DNA from: an uncultured Actinomycetota bacterium
Lineage (GTDB): Bacteria; Actinomycetota; Actinomycetes; Mycobacteriales; SCTD01
DNA length: 64,000 nt
Direction of reading: 5' to 3'
Assembly: GCA_963761695.1 (NCBI GenBank)
Contig: CAVXIB010000001.1
Span: forward strand, 200,057-264,056
The notes below the pieces were generated by a model, which saw only the letters and a list, made by a program, of their open reading frames with translations, did no database searches and was not told the DNA's origin. Made by a program: the position numbers and the translations under genes. How positions within the stretch are numbered: the first letter of the stretch is position 1; the number at the start of each line of letters is the position of its first letter. Below, in pieces: positions 1 through 13,338 of the stretch.

Positions 1-1102
1 GACCGCAGGTCGACCAGCAGGTGCACGTCGCGGCCGGTCAGGTCGACCGTGGCGGGGTCCTGGGCGGGCGCGGAGTCGCGGCAGACCTGCACCCCGTTGA
101 TCGAGACGTCGAGGGCGTCCGGCGCGAAGGCCGCCTGGGTGGTGCCGACCGCCGCGAGGACGCGGCCCCAGTTCGGGTCCTGGCCGTGCAGGGCGCACTT
201 GAGCAGGTTGCTGCGTCCGACCGCCCGGGCCACCTGCAGGGCGTCGTCCTCGGTGGCGGCCCCGACCACCTCCACCGCGATCTCCTTGGAGGCGCCCTCG
301 GCGTCGGCGACCATCTGCCGAGCCAGCCCGGCGCAGACATCGGTGACCGCAGCCGTCAGGGCGGCCTCGTCCGCCTGCACCCCGCTCGCACCGCTGGCCA
401 GCAGCAGGACGGTGTCGTTGGTGGACATGCAGCCGTCGGTGTCGACCCGGTCGAAGCTGTGCCGGGTGGCCGCCCTCAGGACGCGGTCGAGCACCTCCGG
501 GTCGGCGACGGCGTCGGTCGTGACGACGGCGAGCATCGTGGCCAGTGCGGGCGCGAGCATGGCGGCGCCCTTGGCCATACCGCCGACCACCCAGCCGTCG
601 CCCGGGGCGGAGGCCGTCTTGGCGACGGTGTCGGTGGTGCGGATGGCCTCGGCCGCAGCCGGACCGCCGTCGGCGGACAGGGCCCGGACGGCCTCGTCGA
701 TCCCCTGCAGGAGGCGGTCCATGGGCAGGCGGACGCCGATCAGCCCGGTGGAGCAGACCGCCACCCGTGCGGCACCGGTTCCGAGCCCCGGGCCACCGCC
801 TCCGCGGTGCGGTGGGTGTCGCCGAACCCCTCCGGACCGGTGCAGGCGTTGGCCCCGCCGGAGTTGAGGACCACCGCCTCGACCTGGCCGGAGGTCAGGA
901 CCTGCTGGCTCCACAGGACGGGAGCGGCCTTGACCCGGTTCGCGGTGAACACGCCGGCCGCCGCGTGGACCGGGCCGTCGTTGACCACGAGCGCGAGGTC
1001 GGGCAGTCCGCTGTCCTTGAGGCCGGCCGTGACCCCGCTCGCCCGGAACCCCGGGGCCAGCCAGGGGGTGGGCGCTGCCGCCGTGCGGTCCGCGCCGCTC
1101 AC
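1..1102 (-). CDS. argJ: Bifunctional ornithine acetyltransferase/N-acetylglutamate synthase (3' truncated by window; apparent frameshift near 780)
   Basis: GTG overlapping the argC stop. [22 protein letters not shown]...[10 protein letters not shown], then in a shifted frame [43 protein letters not shown]. Confidence 0.95.
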
Positions 1103-2115
1103 GGGGCGATCCCGCAGGCCGACAACCCGGCGGTCTCGTCGAGCCCCAGGGCGACGTTGGCGCACTGCAGGGCCTGACCGGCCGCGCCCTTGCCGAGGTT
1201 GTCGATCGCGCTGACGACCACGGCACGGCCGGCGTCGACGTCGACCGTGACCTGCAGCTGGCAGGCGTTGCTGCCGCTGACCGCCGCCGTGTGCGGCCAG
1301 CGCCCCGCCGGCAGGACGTGGACGAAGGGCTCGGCGGCGTACCGCTCCACCAGCGAGCGGCGCAGCGCGTCCTCCGTGGCCGTGGTGCGCGCCGTGCAGG
1401 TGGCCAGGATGCCGCGTGGCATGGGGGCCAGGACGGGGGTGAAGTTCAGGGTGGCGACCCGGCCGGCAGCCCGGCCCAGCGTCTGCCGCATCTCCGGCGT
1501 GTGCTGGTGGGCGCCCACCTTGTAGGCCGTCAGGTCGCCCATGGTCTCGCTCCCGAGCAGGGCCGCCGAGGCCGTCCGCCCCGCACCGCTGGTGCCGCTG
1601 GCGGCGACCACCACGACGTCGTCGACCTCGATGAGCCCCTCCTGCGCCAGGGGTGCGAGCGCCAGTGCCACCGAGGTCGGGTAGCAGCCGGGGGCGGCGA
1701 TGCGGCGGGCGTCGACGAGGTCGCGACGGAAGAGCTCGGGCAGGCCGTACGGCCACTGACCGGCGTGAGGAGTGCCGTAGAAGCGCTCCCAGGCCGCAGC
1801 ATCGGCGAGCCGGTGGTCAGCCCCGAGGTCGACCACCAGCACGTCCGCCGGGAGGGCGGCGGCCACCGCGGCGCTCTGGCCGTGCGGCAGCGCGAGGAAG
1901 ACGACGTCGGCCAGAGCGAGCTCGGCGGGGTCGGTGTCGGTGAAGACCCGGTCGGCGAGCTGCGGCAGCTGCGGGTGCAGGTCGGTCACCGGGCGGCCGG
2001 CGCTGGTGCCGGCGGCGAGGGCGCCCAGGCTCAGGTCGGGGTGGCCGAGCAGCAGGCGCAGGAGCTCGCCGCCCGCGTACCCACTCGCTCCGGCGACGGC
2101 GGCGGTCAGACCCAT
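1099..2115 (-). CDS. argC: N-acetyl-gamma-glutamyl-phosphate reductase
   Basis: [27 protein letters not shown] and [12 protein letters not shown] motifs. ATG 2115 preferred because TATGAT lies 6 nt upstream. Confidence 0.97.
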   Translation of the reverse strand: MGLTAAVAGASGYAGGELLRLLLGHPDLSLGALAAGTSAGRPVTDLHPQLPQLADRVFTDTDPAELALADVVFLALPHGQSAAVAAALPADVLVVDLGADHRLADAAAWERFYGTPHAGQWPYGLPELFRRDLVDARRIAAPGCYPTSVALALAPLAQEGLIEVDDVVVVAASGTSGAGRTASAALLGSETMGDLTAYKVGAHQHTPEMRQTLGRAAGRVATLNFTPVLAPMPRGILATCTARTTATEDALRRSLVERYAAEPFVHVLPAGRWPHTAAVSGSNACQLQVTVDVDAGRAVVVSAIDNLGKGAAGQALQCANVALGLDETAGLSACGIAP

Positions 2116-2135
2116 AGGCTGATCATACACACTTC

Positions 2136-2149
2136 TGCATGACTATGCG
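2136..2149. promoter_or_regulatory. ARG box (ArgR operator) upstream of argC
   Basis: AT-rich imperfect palindrome TGCATGACTATGCG just upstream of the argC -10 box, matching the actinobacterial TGCATnnnnATGCA consensus. Confidence 0.8.
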
Positions 2150-2939
2150 TCAGGCGTCGCGCTCGGTCTCGGCCCACGGGACGATCCGCAGCGTCCCGGC
2201 CAGCGGGTCGACAGCACCGAGCGCCTGCGCGACGTCGTCCCGGGACCGGATGAAGCGGCCGTGCAGGTCGTCGAGGTCGCCCGCGACGATCCGCCGCAGC
2301 AGGTGCACGAACGACGACGCCGGGGTCCAGGCACCGGCGTCGGGGGCGACGAGGTCGGGGCGCAGGGCGAGAAAGCCCGCCGGAAAGCCGTGCGTCATGT
2401 CGGTGGGCACCATGCCCGGGCTGACCGCGAGCACCGTGACCCCGGTGCCTTCGAGCTCGGCCGCCACCGTGTCGACCAGCCGCAGGACGGCCGCCTTCGA
2501 CGCGGCGTAGGCCGATGCCCCCGCGCGTCGGGGCCGTGCCGAAGCCGCTGCCCATCACCACCACCCGGCCGCTCCCCCGGGCCACCATCGCCGGGAGCGA
2601 CGCCCACAGCGCGAGCGCCGGACCCCGCAGGTTGACCTCGGCGTCACGCCACCAGGTGTCGGGATCGGTCTCCCAGAGCCGGCCCCCGGCCGCGAACGCG
2701 CCGGCGTTGGCCAACAGGAGGTCCAGCGGCTCGGCGGCCGCGACGGCGGCACGTACGTCGTCGGCGCTCGTGGCGTCGCCCGCCACGGCCCGGGCGGCCT
2801 GCCCGGCGTCGACGACGGCCTGCAGCGCGCTCGCGTCGCGGCCGGTGACGGTCACGTCCCACCCGTCCGCGGTCAGGGCTGCGGCCGCCTCGCGACCGAG
2901 TCCCCGGCTGCCCCCGGTGACCAGGGCCCGGCGGGTCAG
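2150..2939 (-). CDS. Short-chain dehydrogenase/reductase (apparent frameshift near 2515; probable CTG start)
   Basis: ALVTGGSRGLG Rossmann motif, LLANAG, and catalytic YAASK in the shifted frame. Confidence 0.85.
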
Positions 2940-5375
2940 CGCAGCACCGCCCCGAACCGGCTCCCTGCCTCGGCGACGGCGGCGTCGCGGGCCGCCAGCA
3001 CGTCGAGGTCGGTGAGGGTCCGGTCAGGCGCCCGGAAGCGCAGGCCGAAGGCCAGCGACCGGCTCCCCTGCTCCACCTGCGGTCCGGTGTAGACGTCGAA
3101 CAGGCGCACGTCCTCGAGCAGCTCCCCGGCGCCGGCCCGCAGGGCCGCACCGACGTCGGCGGCGGCCACGTCGGACCGGACCACGAGGGCGACGTCGACC
3201 GAGCTCGGCGGGTAGTGCGACACGACGGGGGCGCGGACAGGCCCGCGCTGCGCCGCGGCAGCGACGACGACGTCGAGGTTCACCTCGCCGGCTCCCGTCC
3301 GGGCCGGCAGGCCCAGGGCCGCCACCACCCGCGGGTGCAGCTCGCCGGCGACCCCGACCCGGCGGCCGTCCAGCAGAAGCTCCGCGCAGCGCCCGGGATG
3401 GAACGGTCCGTGCTGGACCGCCCGGGGGGCAGCTCGAGCCCGAGGGCGCGCCCCAGCGCGACCAGCGCCTCGACCGGCCGCTCCCAGCTGCCGCCGCTGA
3501 GCGGCGACGGCGGCGTGCCGCGGCTGCGCCGGGAGCGCGGCGTCGAGGGCGGCCCGCTGCGCGGGGGTCGGTGGTCCCTGCACGCCGGGCGGCTCCACCG
3601 TCGTGCCCGCGCCGAGGAAGACCGAGCCCACCTCGAACAGCGCCACGGCCGCGGTGCCCCGGGACGCGTTGCGGGTGAGCGCCGCCAGCAGACCGGGCAG
3701 CAGGCTGGGCCGCAGCAGGGACTGCTCGGCCGACAGGGGGTTGGTCAGCCGGGGCGGCGTGCTGACTGCGGCGTCGTCGCGGTTGCGGAGCACCTCCAGG
3801 ACGTCGTCGCCGACGAACGGCTGGCGTCAGCACCTCGACCAGCCCGGCGGCAGCGAGCGCCCGCGACGCCGTCCGGCGCAGCCGCTGCTCCACCGTCAGC
3901 CCCCGGCCCGCGGGCGCCGTCGGCAGCGCCACCGGGATCGTGTCGTAGCCCTCGAGGCGGACCACCTCCTCGACCAGCTCGGCGGGACCGGTGAGGTCCG
4001 GGCGCCAGGTCGGCGGCACGACGAGGACGACGTCGCCGGACCCGGTGACGGCGCAGCCGACGTCGGTGAGCCGCCGCACGACGACGTCGCGGTCGTAGGG
4101 CCGGCCGGCGACGCGTTCGGGCGCCGCGACCGGGAACGACACCGCCGGCGCGGGCGTGCGGGCATCGACGTCGGTCAGGGCGCCCGCAAGGGCGCCGCCG
4201 TAGGTGCACAGCAGTCGCACGGCGCGCTCGGCCGCAACGGCTGCCAGCGCCGGGTCGACCCCGCGCTCGTAGCGCTTGGACGCCTCGCTGGGCAGGCGGT
4301 GCCGCCGGGCCGTCCGGGCGATGGTGACCGGCTCGAAACGGGCGCTCTCCAGCAGCACCGTCGTCGTCGTCGCGGTGACCTCGCTGGTCGCGCCGCCCAT
4401 GACCCCCGCCAGGGCGACCGCGCCGGTGTCGTCGGCGATGACGAGGTCGGCGGGGTCGAGCGCACGGTCCCTGCCGTCGAGGGTGGTGAGGCGCTCCCCC
4501 GGCACGGCCCGCCGCACGGCGATCCCGCCCTGGAGCGCCGCGGCGTCGAAGGCGTGCAGCGGCTGACCCAGCTCGAGCATGACGTGGTTGGTCACGTCGA
4601 CGGCCAGGCTGATCGGGCGCATCCCGGCGAGGACGAGACGCCGCTGCAGCCACGCGGGGCTGGTCGCCGCCGGGTCGAGCCCGGTGACCAGGCGGGCGAC
4701 GTAGCGGTCGCAGCCCGCGCCTGGACCGGACTCGGCGAGGGTCACCGAAGGGCCGCCCGGCGCGGCAGCCGGCACCGCTCCGACGCCGGGGTCGTCCAGT
4801 CCGAGCCCGAACGCGGTGGCCGCCTCGCGGGCGACTCCTCGGACCGACAGGGTGTAGCCGCGGTCGGGCGTGACGGCGATGTCGAGGACGTCGTCGCGCA
4901 GGCCGAGGTGCTCGACCACGTCGACGCCGAGCGGCGCGTCCGGCGCCAGCACGAGGATGCCGGGAGAGTCCTCCGCCATGCCCAGCTCGGCCTCGGAGCA
5001 GATCATCCCGTCGGAGGTGCGCCCGTAGGTCTGCCGCGTCGCGATGGCGAACCCGCCGGGCAGCGTCGCGCCGGGCAGGGCGAAGGCCACCCGGTCGCCC
5101 GCGGCGAAGTTGGTCGCGCCGCAGACCACGTCGTGCACCCGCGGGGCGGACCCGTCGGGGGTCACCTCCACGTGGCAGAACCGGATCGGCTTCTTGAACC
5201 CGGTCAGCTCCTCGACGTCGAGCACCCGGCCGACCACCACGCCGACGACGTCGTCGCCGTAGCGGTGCACCTGCTCGACCTCCAGGCCGGCGCGCACCAG
5301 AGCGGCGGCGATCTCCGGCGAGGACGCGGTCAGGCCGGGCACGAGGGAACGGAGCCACGAGATCGGGACGCGCAC
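2936..5375 (-). CDS. pheT: Phenylalanyl-tRNA synthetase beta subunit (apparent frameshifts at ~3420-3500 and ~3820)
   Basis: MRVPISWL, VVCGATN, TPDRGY, SKRYERGVDP, WRPDL, LRPSLLPGLL, FHPGRCA, SLAFGLRFRAPDRTLTD. Confidence 0.96.
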
Positions 5376-5376
5376 G

Positions 5377-7541
<2,165 letters not shown>

Positions 7542-7596
7542 GTCGGCCTCCTCCCCTGCTCGCGTGGCGACACTGTACGAGTCGCGACGCCGGGCG

Positions 7597-8391
7597 TCAG
7601 GCGGCCCGGTGGGCGCGGGCCGACGCGTACAGGCACACCGCGGCCGCCGAGGCGAGGTTGAGCGACTCCGCCCGACCGTGCAGCGGCACCCGCACCCGCC
7701 GGTCGGCCAGCTCCAGGGCCGCCGGGGTCAGCCCTGCGGCCTCGTTGCCGAACAGCCAGGCGGTGGGGGCCGCCAGCACCCCGTTGTCGGCGAGGTCGTC
7801 GAGGTCGTCGGCCCCGGCTCCGGTGGTGGCCAGCACCTGCAGCCCGGCGTCGCGCAGGGCCGCGACGACGTCGACCAGCGCGGGGCCGGACACCACCGGG
7901 ACGTGCCACAGCGAGCCTGCGGTGGCCCGCACGCACTTGCCGTTGTGCGGGTCGACCGAGCCGGCGGTGAGGACCACGGCTCCGGCGCCGGCGGCATCGG
8001 AGGTCCGCAGCACCGTGCCGGCGTTGCCCGGGTCGGCCACCTCGTGCAGGACCGTGACCAGGCGCGGCCGGTCGGCCAGGGCCACCCGCAGCGGGACGTC
8101 ACGCAGCGGAGCGACCCCGACCACGCCCTGCGGCGTCACGGTCTCGCCGAGCGCCGCGAGCACGGCCTCGGTGACCGGCACGAGCGGAACTCCGGCCGAC
8201 CCGGCCGCCGCTACGACCTCGGTGCAGCGACCGGGAACGTGGAACAGCACCTCGAGGTCGGCCAGGGCCTCCCGCACCGCCTGCGGGCCCTCGACGACGA
8301 ACCGCCGCTCGGCCTCCCGGGCCGAGCGGCGGTGCAGTCGTCGGACGTCCTGGACCCTCGCGTTGCGGGTCGAGGAGAGGACCTCAGGCAG
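7597..8391 (-). CDS. TrmH/SpoU-family RNA methyltransferase (probable CTG start)
   Basis: N-terminal [49 protein letters not shown]. Confidence 0.92.
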   Translation of the reverse strand: MPEVLSSTRNARVQDVRRLHRRSAREAERRFVVEGPQAVREALADLEVLFHVPGRCTEVVAAAGSAGVPLVPVTEAVLAALGETVTPQGVVGVAPLRDVPLRVALADRPRLVTVLHEVADPGNAGTVLRTSDAAGAGAVVLTAGSVDPHNGKCVRATAGSLWHVPVVSGPALVDVVAALRDAGLQVLATTGAGADDLDDLADNGVLAAPTAWLFGNEAAGLTPAALELADRRVRVPLHGRAESLNLASAAAVCLYASARAHRAA

Positions 8392-8782
8392 CGGGCGCGT
8401 CCGAGACGGCCGGCGTCTGGGCGTCCTGCGGCAGGGACTCGCGGGCGAGCTCGACCAGGGTCGCGAACACGGCCGGGTCGGTGACCGCGAGGTCGGCGAG
8501 GACCTTGCGGTCGACCTCGAGGCCGGAGGCCTTCAGGCCCTGCATGAAACGGTTGTAGGTCATGCCGTTGAGCCGCGCCGCGGCGTTGATGCGCTGGATC
8601 CACAGGCGACGGAAGTCGCCCTTGCGCTTCTTGCGGTCGCGGAAGGCGTACGTCTGGCTGTGGAGCAGCTGCTCCTTGGCCTTGCGGTACAGCCGGCTGC
8701 GCTGCCCGCGGTAACCGCTGGCGGCCTCCAGGACCTCACGGCGCTTCTTGTGGGCGTTGACCGCCCTCTTGACGCGTGCCAC
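8384..8782 (-). CDS. rplT: 50S ribosomal protein L20
   Basis: [15 protein letters not shown]...[14 protein letters not shown]. Confidence 0.99.
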   Translation of the reverse strand: MARVKRAVNAHKKRREVLEAASGYRGQRSRLYRKAKEQLLHSQTYAFRDRKKRKGDFRRLWIQRINAAARLNGMTYNRFMQGLKASGLEVDRKVLADLAVTDPAVFATLVELARESLPQDAQTPAVSDAPAA

Positions 8783-8833
8783 TGATCTACCTGTCTCTCA
8801 AGTCGTGGGGTGGGACGAAGCGTGCGGGAAGGA

Positions 8834-9028
8834 CTAGCGGCCCAGCATCTTCTTGACGGCCTTGACGTCGTTCTTGGCGACCTCGACCGTGCCGGTCAGA
8901 CGGCGGGTGAGGGTGCTGGACTTGCGCTCGAGCAGGTGGCGCTTGCCGGCCTTCTCGCGCAGCACCTTGCCGGTACCGGTGATCTTGAAGCGCTTCTTCG
9001 CACCGCTGTGCGTCTTCTGCTTGGGCAT
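8834..9028 (-). CDS. rpmI: 50S ribosomal protein L35
   Basis: [21 protein letters not shown]. Confidence 0.99.
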   Translation of the reverse strand: MPKQKTHSGAKKRFKITGTGKVLREKAGKRHLLERKSSTLTRRLTGTVEVAKNDVKAVKKMLGR

Positions 9029-9109
9029 GGCTGTCCTTCTCTGGCGTTCGTCGTGCGTCGGCCCGGAGGCGGGCTGGGCCCCGGGGTCGTGCGGTCCGAG
9101 TCGTGCGGG

Positions 9110-9757
9110 TTACTGGGCGGGCTGCTCGGAAGGCTGCTCGGCGGGCGCCGGTGCGGCCTGGACCGTGGCGGCGTCGTCGGCGGCGGGCACCGCGTCGGAC
9201 GCGGCACCGTTCTTGGTGTCCTGCGCGAGCTTCTTGAGGTCGGCGGCGTTCTTGTGGGGCGCCAGGACCATGATCATGTTGCGGCCGTCCTGCTTGGGCG
9301 AGGACTCCACGAAGCCGAGGTCCTTGACGTCCTCGCCGAGGCGCTGCAGCAGGCGAAAGCCCAGCTCGGGGCGGGACTGCTCACGACCGCGGAACATGAT
9401 CGTGATCTTGACCTTGTCGCCCGCCTTGAGGAAGCGGACCACATGGCCCTTCTTCGTCTCGTAGTCGTGCGGGTCGATCTTGGGACGGAGCTTCATCTCC
9501 TTGATGACCGTGAGCACCTGGTTCTTGCGGCTCTCACGGGCCTTCTGCGCCGTCTCGTACTTGAACTTGCCGTAGTCCATGAGCTTGCAGACGGGCGGAC
9601 GCGCCATGGGCGCCACCTCGACCAGATCGAGGTCGTTCTCCTGGGCCAGCTTGAGGGCCTCGTGGAGCGCGACGATGCCGACCTGCTCGCCGGCAGGGCC
9701 GACCAGCCGGACCTCGGGCACACGGATCCGGTCGTTGATGCGGGGCTCAGCGCTGAT
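9110..9757 (-). CDS. infC: Translation initiation factor IF-3 (non-canonical ATC start)
   Basis: In-frame ATC-AGC-GCT-GAG-CCC-CGC-ATC-AAC ([12 protein letters not shown]) after a GAGGAGG Shine-Dalgarno. Also [15 protein letters not shown] and MFRGRE. Confidence 0.97.
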   Translation of the reverse strand: MSAEPRINDRIRVPEVRLVGPAGEQVGIVALHEALKLAQENDLDLVEVAPMARPPVCKLMDYGKFKYETAQKARESRKNQVLTVIKEMKLRPKIDPHDYETKKGHVVRFLKAGDKVKITIMFRGREQSRPELGFRLLQRLGEDVKDLGFVESSPKQDGRNMIMVLAPHKNAADLKKLAQDTKNGAASDAVPAADDAATVQAAPAPAEQPSEQPAQ

Positions 9758-9836
9758 GGGGCCTCCTCGTAGGACTTCCTGGGATCGCGGCCCGGCGCTC
9801 CCCCCTCGCTCCCGGCAGCCGATGCTGTCCGGACAC

Positions 9837-9867
9837 GAAAGAGGGCCCCGCGCTCAGCGCAGGGCCC
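9837..9867 (-). terminator. Terminator/attenuator-like hairpin in the infC leader
   Basis: Minus strand GGGCCCTGCGC-TGA-GCGCGGGGCCC followed by TCTTTC, about 80 nt upstream of the infC start. Confidence 0.6.
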
Positions 9868-10087
9868 ACCAGGTCAGCTCTGCCCCGAGGAGCAGAACAC
9901 GGTCCACGGCCCCGACGTCGCCGTCGGGGGGGACCGGACCGGACCCTGGCGCCTGTCGTTCAGGTCGTACCGCGTGCAGGCGGCGCCGAGGGTGGGAGGT
10001 GGGACCTCCGCTTGACGACCCCCGCATCTCGTCCTGCCGGAGCAGGGCGGGGCACAGGAGCCGGGTCGCGTCTGCGAGCGTAGCAGG

Positions 10088-10465
10088 GTGCACCCCTCCG
10101 AGAACGACACCACTGCATCCGTCCCGTCCGCTCCTGTCCCGTCCGCTCCTGGGCCGTCGGCGGAGCGCGACCTGGCCGACGTCCCCGCCGCCGAGGTGAT
10201 CGCCCGGACCGCGGTCCACCTGATGAGCGCGGCCGCTGTGAAGACCGGGCTGGGTGAGGAGGGCCCCGCCGCCCTCGACCTCGACGAGGCGCGCAAGCTC
10301 ATCACGGCCCTGGCCGGCCTGGTCACGGCCGCCCGGCCCGACCTCGGTATCCATGCCGCCCCGCTGCGCGACGGCCTGCAGGCCCTGCAGCGGGCCTTCC
10401 GGGAGGCCAGCCCCCTGCCCGACGCCCCCGGCGAGGGCCCCGGCGAGCGGCTCGGCCGGGCCTGA
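10088..10465 (+). CDS. DUF1844-family protein
   Basis: RDLADVPAAEVI, LMSAAAVKTGL, DLDEARKLITALAGL, PDAPGEGPGE. Usual position divergent from infC. Confidence 0.88.
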   Translation: MHPSENDTTASVPSAPVPSAPGPSAERDLADVPAAEVIARTAVHLMSAAAVKTGLGEEGPAALDLDEARKLITALAGLVTAARPDLGIHAAPLRDGLQALQRAFREASPLPDAPGEGPGERLGRA

Positions 10466-10476
10466 CCGGCCACCGG

Positions 10477-10550
10477 TCGTCGGGCATCGGTCGTCTGGCA
10501 TCGGTCGTCGTGTCGGCGTCGGGTGTCGGGTGTCGGGCGTCGGGCGTCGG
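10477..10550. repeat. Degenerate short tandem repeat (GTCGGGY / GTCGTC units) between convergent genes
   Basis: gtcgtcgggcatcggtcgtctggcatcggtcgtcgtgtcggcgtcgggtgtcgggtgtcgggcgtcgggcgtcgg. Confidence 0.7.
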
Positions 10551-10551
10551 C

Positions 10552-11421
10552 TCAGGTCCCGGAGCGGCGGCGGAGCAGCCCGCGCCGTCGCGCCAGCGGG
10601 ACCGGCTGCCCGACGCCGTCGGCCCCCACCTGGGCCAGGTCGAGACCGTCGGCCGGGAGCGCCCCCCGCGTGCGGTCGAGCACCCGGGCGGCCAGCGCCG
10701 CGAGGTCGGCCGCCCCCAGGGCCGGTCCGCTGACGCCGAGGACCAGGCCGTCCGGCCCCTGCAGCAGACGGGCCGTGGTGACCGGTTCGTCACGCAGGGC
10801 CTCGGCCAGGGCCTCGACGAGGCCGGCCGGGACCGGCGAGGACGGCTCGGACAGGACGGCGTCCGCGCGCCGGACCTCCAGGCCGTCGCTGCCGGACACC
10901 GGGACGTAGCCCTCGGCGAGGGCGCGCAGCTCCCCCGCGGTGACCACGAACGCGGCGCCGGTGGGGTCGAGAAGCAGCACGTCGGCGCCCTGCACCCGGG
11001 CCGACGCACAGGCCTGTGGCCCGGCCATCGGGACCGGCCGGGCGTCAGGCTGCCAGCGTTGCACCTCGTGGCCGTCGGTGAACACCGGGACGGCGAGCGC
11101 CCCCTCCTGCGAGCGCAGGCAGACGATCGACATCTCGGCGGTCGACTCGCGGCGCAGCCCGCCTGCGGGCTGCTCGGTGGCCGTCGCCTGCGCCCGCAGG
11201 GCCACGAAGACCCGGGCTCCGGCGAGGGCGGCCAGCACCTCGGCGCGCGCAGCGGGGGTGCCGTCGGCGGCGGCCAGGGCCGCGGCCAGGCGGACGTCGA
11301 CCGCGCCGTCGTCGGGGGCGCCTCCGGGCAGCGGCCGGCCCGCGGGACGCGCACCGCCCCCGTCCAGGGGACGGCTGCTCGGCGCGCCGGGAACGCCGGC
11401 GCCGGCCTGGTCGTCGGTCAT
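10552..11421 (-). CDS. SseB-family protein
   Basis: DDGAVDVRLAAAL, ARVFVAL, LAVPVFT, WQPDARPVP, LLLDPTG. Usual neighbour of DUF1844. Confidence 0.8.
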   Translation of the reverse strand: MTDDQAGAGVPGAPSSRPLDGGGARPAGRPLPGGAPDDGAVDVRLAAALAAADGTPAARAEVLAALAGARVFVALRAQATATEQPAGGLRRESTAEMSIVCLRSQEGALAVPVFTDGHEVQRWQPDARPVPMAGPQACASARVQGADVLLLDPTGAAFVVTAGELRALAEGYVPVSGSDGLEVRRADAVLSEPSSPVPAGLVEALAEALRDEPVTTARLLQGPDGLVLGVSGPALGAADLAALAARVLDRTRGALPADGLDLAQVGADGVGQPVPLARRRGLLRRRSGT

Positions 11422-11495
11422 CGACGCACCGTAGTCACTGCCCGGTGCCCCGTGCCGCGCCATGCCGGACGGCGCCGGCCAGCCGGCCGGTGCTG

Positions 11496-12794
11496 CTAGT
11501 CGGTGCTCGACGCCAGGACGACGGCGGCCCGGTCCATCGCGAGTCGGGCCTTGGCGCTGTCTGCGGCACCGGTGAGCACGAAGGAGAACCGCACGGCGCG
11601 CCCGCTGCGGGTGGTGGCGTACCCCGACAGCGCCGCGACACCGGTGAGCGTCCCCGTCTTGGCCCGGACCGTGCCGGCCGCGGGCGTGCCGCACATCCGC
11701 TTCTTCAGCGTCCCGTCGACGCACGCCACGGGCAGCGCCGACCGCACGGAGGAGGCCGCGTCCGAGGAGGCCATCGCCCGCAGGAGGGTCACCTGGCCGG
11801 TGGTCGTCTGGCGGTCGTGGGACGACAGCCCCGACCCGTCCGCGCCCGGTCCGACGCTGACGCCGCGCGCCCCGAGCACCTGGCCGACGGCGGCCAGTCC
11901 GGCCCTGGTGCTGCCCTGGCCGCCCACGACCCGGCCGAGCTCCTTGAGGAGCAGCTCGGCGGCGAAGTTGTCCGAGGCCTTGGCCAGGCGGGCGGCGACC
12001 GCCGGCAGAGGACCGGACACCCGTTCGGCCACGGTGGTCGCCTGGGCCGGCCGCCGCTGGCGCGCGACGCTCCCCTGCACGAGGACCCCCTCGGCCTTGA
12101 GCAGGTCGCGGAAGCGGACGGCGTTCGGCAGCGCCGGGTCGCGCAGGTACGCGGCGTCCCGGCGGCCGGCGTTGCGGTCGAGGGCGAACGCCGACAGCGG
12201 CCCCAGCTCGTCGGGGACCCACGTGCTGCGCCACCCCGGGTTGCGGCGCAGCCCGTCGTAGCGGCTGTCGTCGAGCTTGAGGTCGCCCTGCACGACGGTG
12301 ATGCCGGCCTCCCGCACCGACCGCGCCAGCGAGCGCAGCGTCGTCGACGTCAGGTACGGGTCGCCACCGGGCACGAGCCAGAGCGGTCCGGCGAGCACAC
12401 CGGCCGTGGCCGTGGCGGTCGCGGCGACCTCCGTGCGGAACCGGTGGTCCGGGCCGAGGGCGAGCAGCGCCGCCGAGACGACGTAGGTCTTCTGGGTGGA
12501 GGCCGGCGGCAGCGCGTGACCGGCGTCGCGGCGCAGCACCGCACCGAGCCCGTCGACGTCGACGGCGGCCGAGACCGTGCGGGCCGTGCCGGCCGACAGC
12601 GCCGCGCTGACCCGTCCGCCGAGGCTCGCCGTCGCCGACGGTCCGGCGCCCTGCACTGCCTGCGGGGCGGCCACCAGGCGGGTCGAGACGACCTCGGGGA
12701 CCGGCTCGACGGCGTCGGGCAGGGAGGCCATGGCCGGCCCGGCGCCGGCCAGCAGGGCCGTCAGGCAGGCGGCAGCGATCGTGCGGGAGGTCAT
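11496..12794 (-). CDS. dacB: D-alanyl-D-alanine carboxypeptidase/endopeptidase (PBP4, peptidase S13), secreted
   Basis: Signal peptide, SxxK (PASTQK), GGDPYL, SDN, DGSGLS, AKTGTL. Confidence 0.9.
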   Translation of the reverse strand: MTSRTIAAACLTALLAGAGPAMASLPDAVEPVPEVVSTRLVAAPQAVQGAGPSATASLGGRVSAALSAGTARTVSAAVDVDGLGAVLRRDAGHALPPASTQKTYVVSAALLALGPDHRFRTEVAATATATAGVLAGPLWLVPGGDPYLTSTTLRSLARSVREAGITVVQGDLKLDDSRYDGLRRNPGWRSTWVPDELGPLSAFALDRNAGRRDAAYLRDPALPNAVRFRDLLKAEGVLVQGSVARQRRPAQATTVAERVSGPLPAVAARLAKASDNFAAELLLKELGRVVGGQGSTRAGLAAVGQVLGARGVSVGPGADGSGLSSHDRQTTTGQVTLLRAMASSDAASSVRSALPVACVDGTLKKRMCGTPAAGTVRAKTGTLTGVAALSGYATTRSGRAVRFSFVLTGAADSAKARLAMDRAAVVLASSTD

Positions 12795-12900
12795 GTCCAC
12801 GTCCGGGGTCTCGGCAGCCCGCGACCCGGGCAGGAGTGTCGACGGCTGCAGTCTGTCCTGCACGACCGCGCCTTGTCCGCTCCTTCGGGCGACCGGCGCG

Positions 12901-13338
12901 TCAGCTCCGCGAGGCGGCGAGCAACCGGCGCAGGGCCAGGACCGCCTCCACAGCATGCTCGCGGTCGTTGGCCTGCACGGCGAGCAGCGCCGCCGTCTCG
13001 TCGTCCTGCAGCACCAGCTGCGCCCACGGCGCGCCGGGCGGCAGCGCCACCCCCACCACCACCCCCCAGGGCAGGAAGCGCTCCCCCAGCCCGTTGCGCA
13101 CCCAGACGCCGCGGGCGTCGGCGGCGACCCGGACGCGGGTGAAGGCGAGCGGGACCGCAGCCACGAGCAGGCCGAGGCCGAAGAAGGCCACCTGGTCGGT
13201 CGGTCCGAAGCTGGCCGTCTCGCTCTGCCCGGTGGGCAGGAGCAGCGCCAGGACCCCGAAGACCAGCACCACCAGCGCCGCGGACAGCCGGCCGACCACC
13301 TTGAGCCGACGGGGACGGATCACCAGCTGCCCGCTCAT
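12901..13338 (-). CDS. Bacterial PH-domain membrane protein
   Basis: Two TM helices then RVRVAADARGVWVRN...PW. Typical hisG-downstream gene. Confidence 0.8.
   Translation of the reverse strand: MSGQLVIRPRRLKVVGRLSAALVVLVFGVLALLLPTGQSETASFGPTDQVAFFGLGLLVAAVPLAFTRVRVAADARGVWVRNGLGERFLPWGVVVGVALPPGAPWAQLVLQDDETAALLAVQANDREHAVEAVLALRRLLAASRS

Noticed and set aside
10121-10150. 15 bp tandem duplication GTCCCGTCCGCTCCT
   Set aside because: An in-frame duplication (VPSAP x2) in a disordered N-terminus; ordinary.
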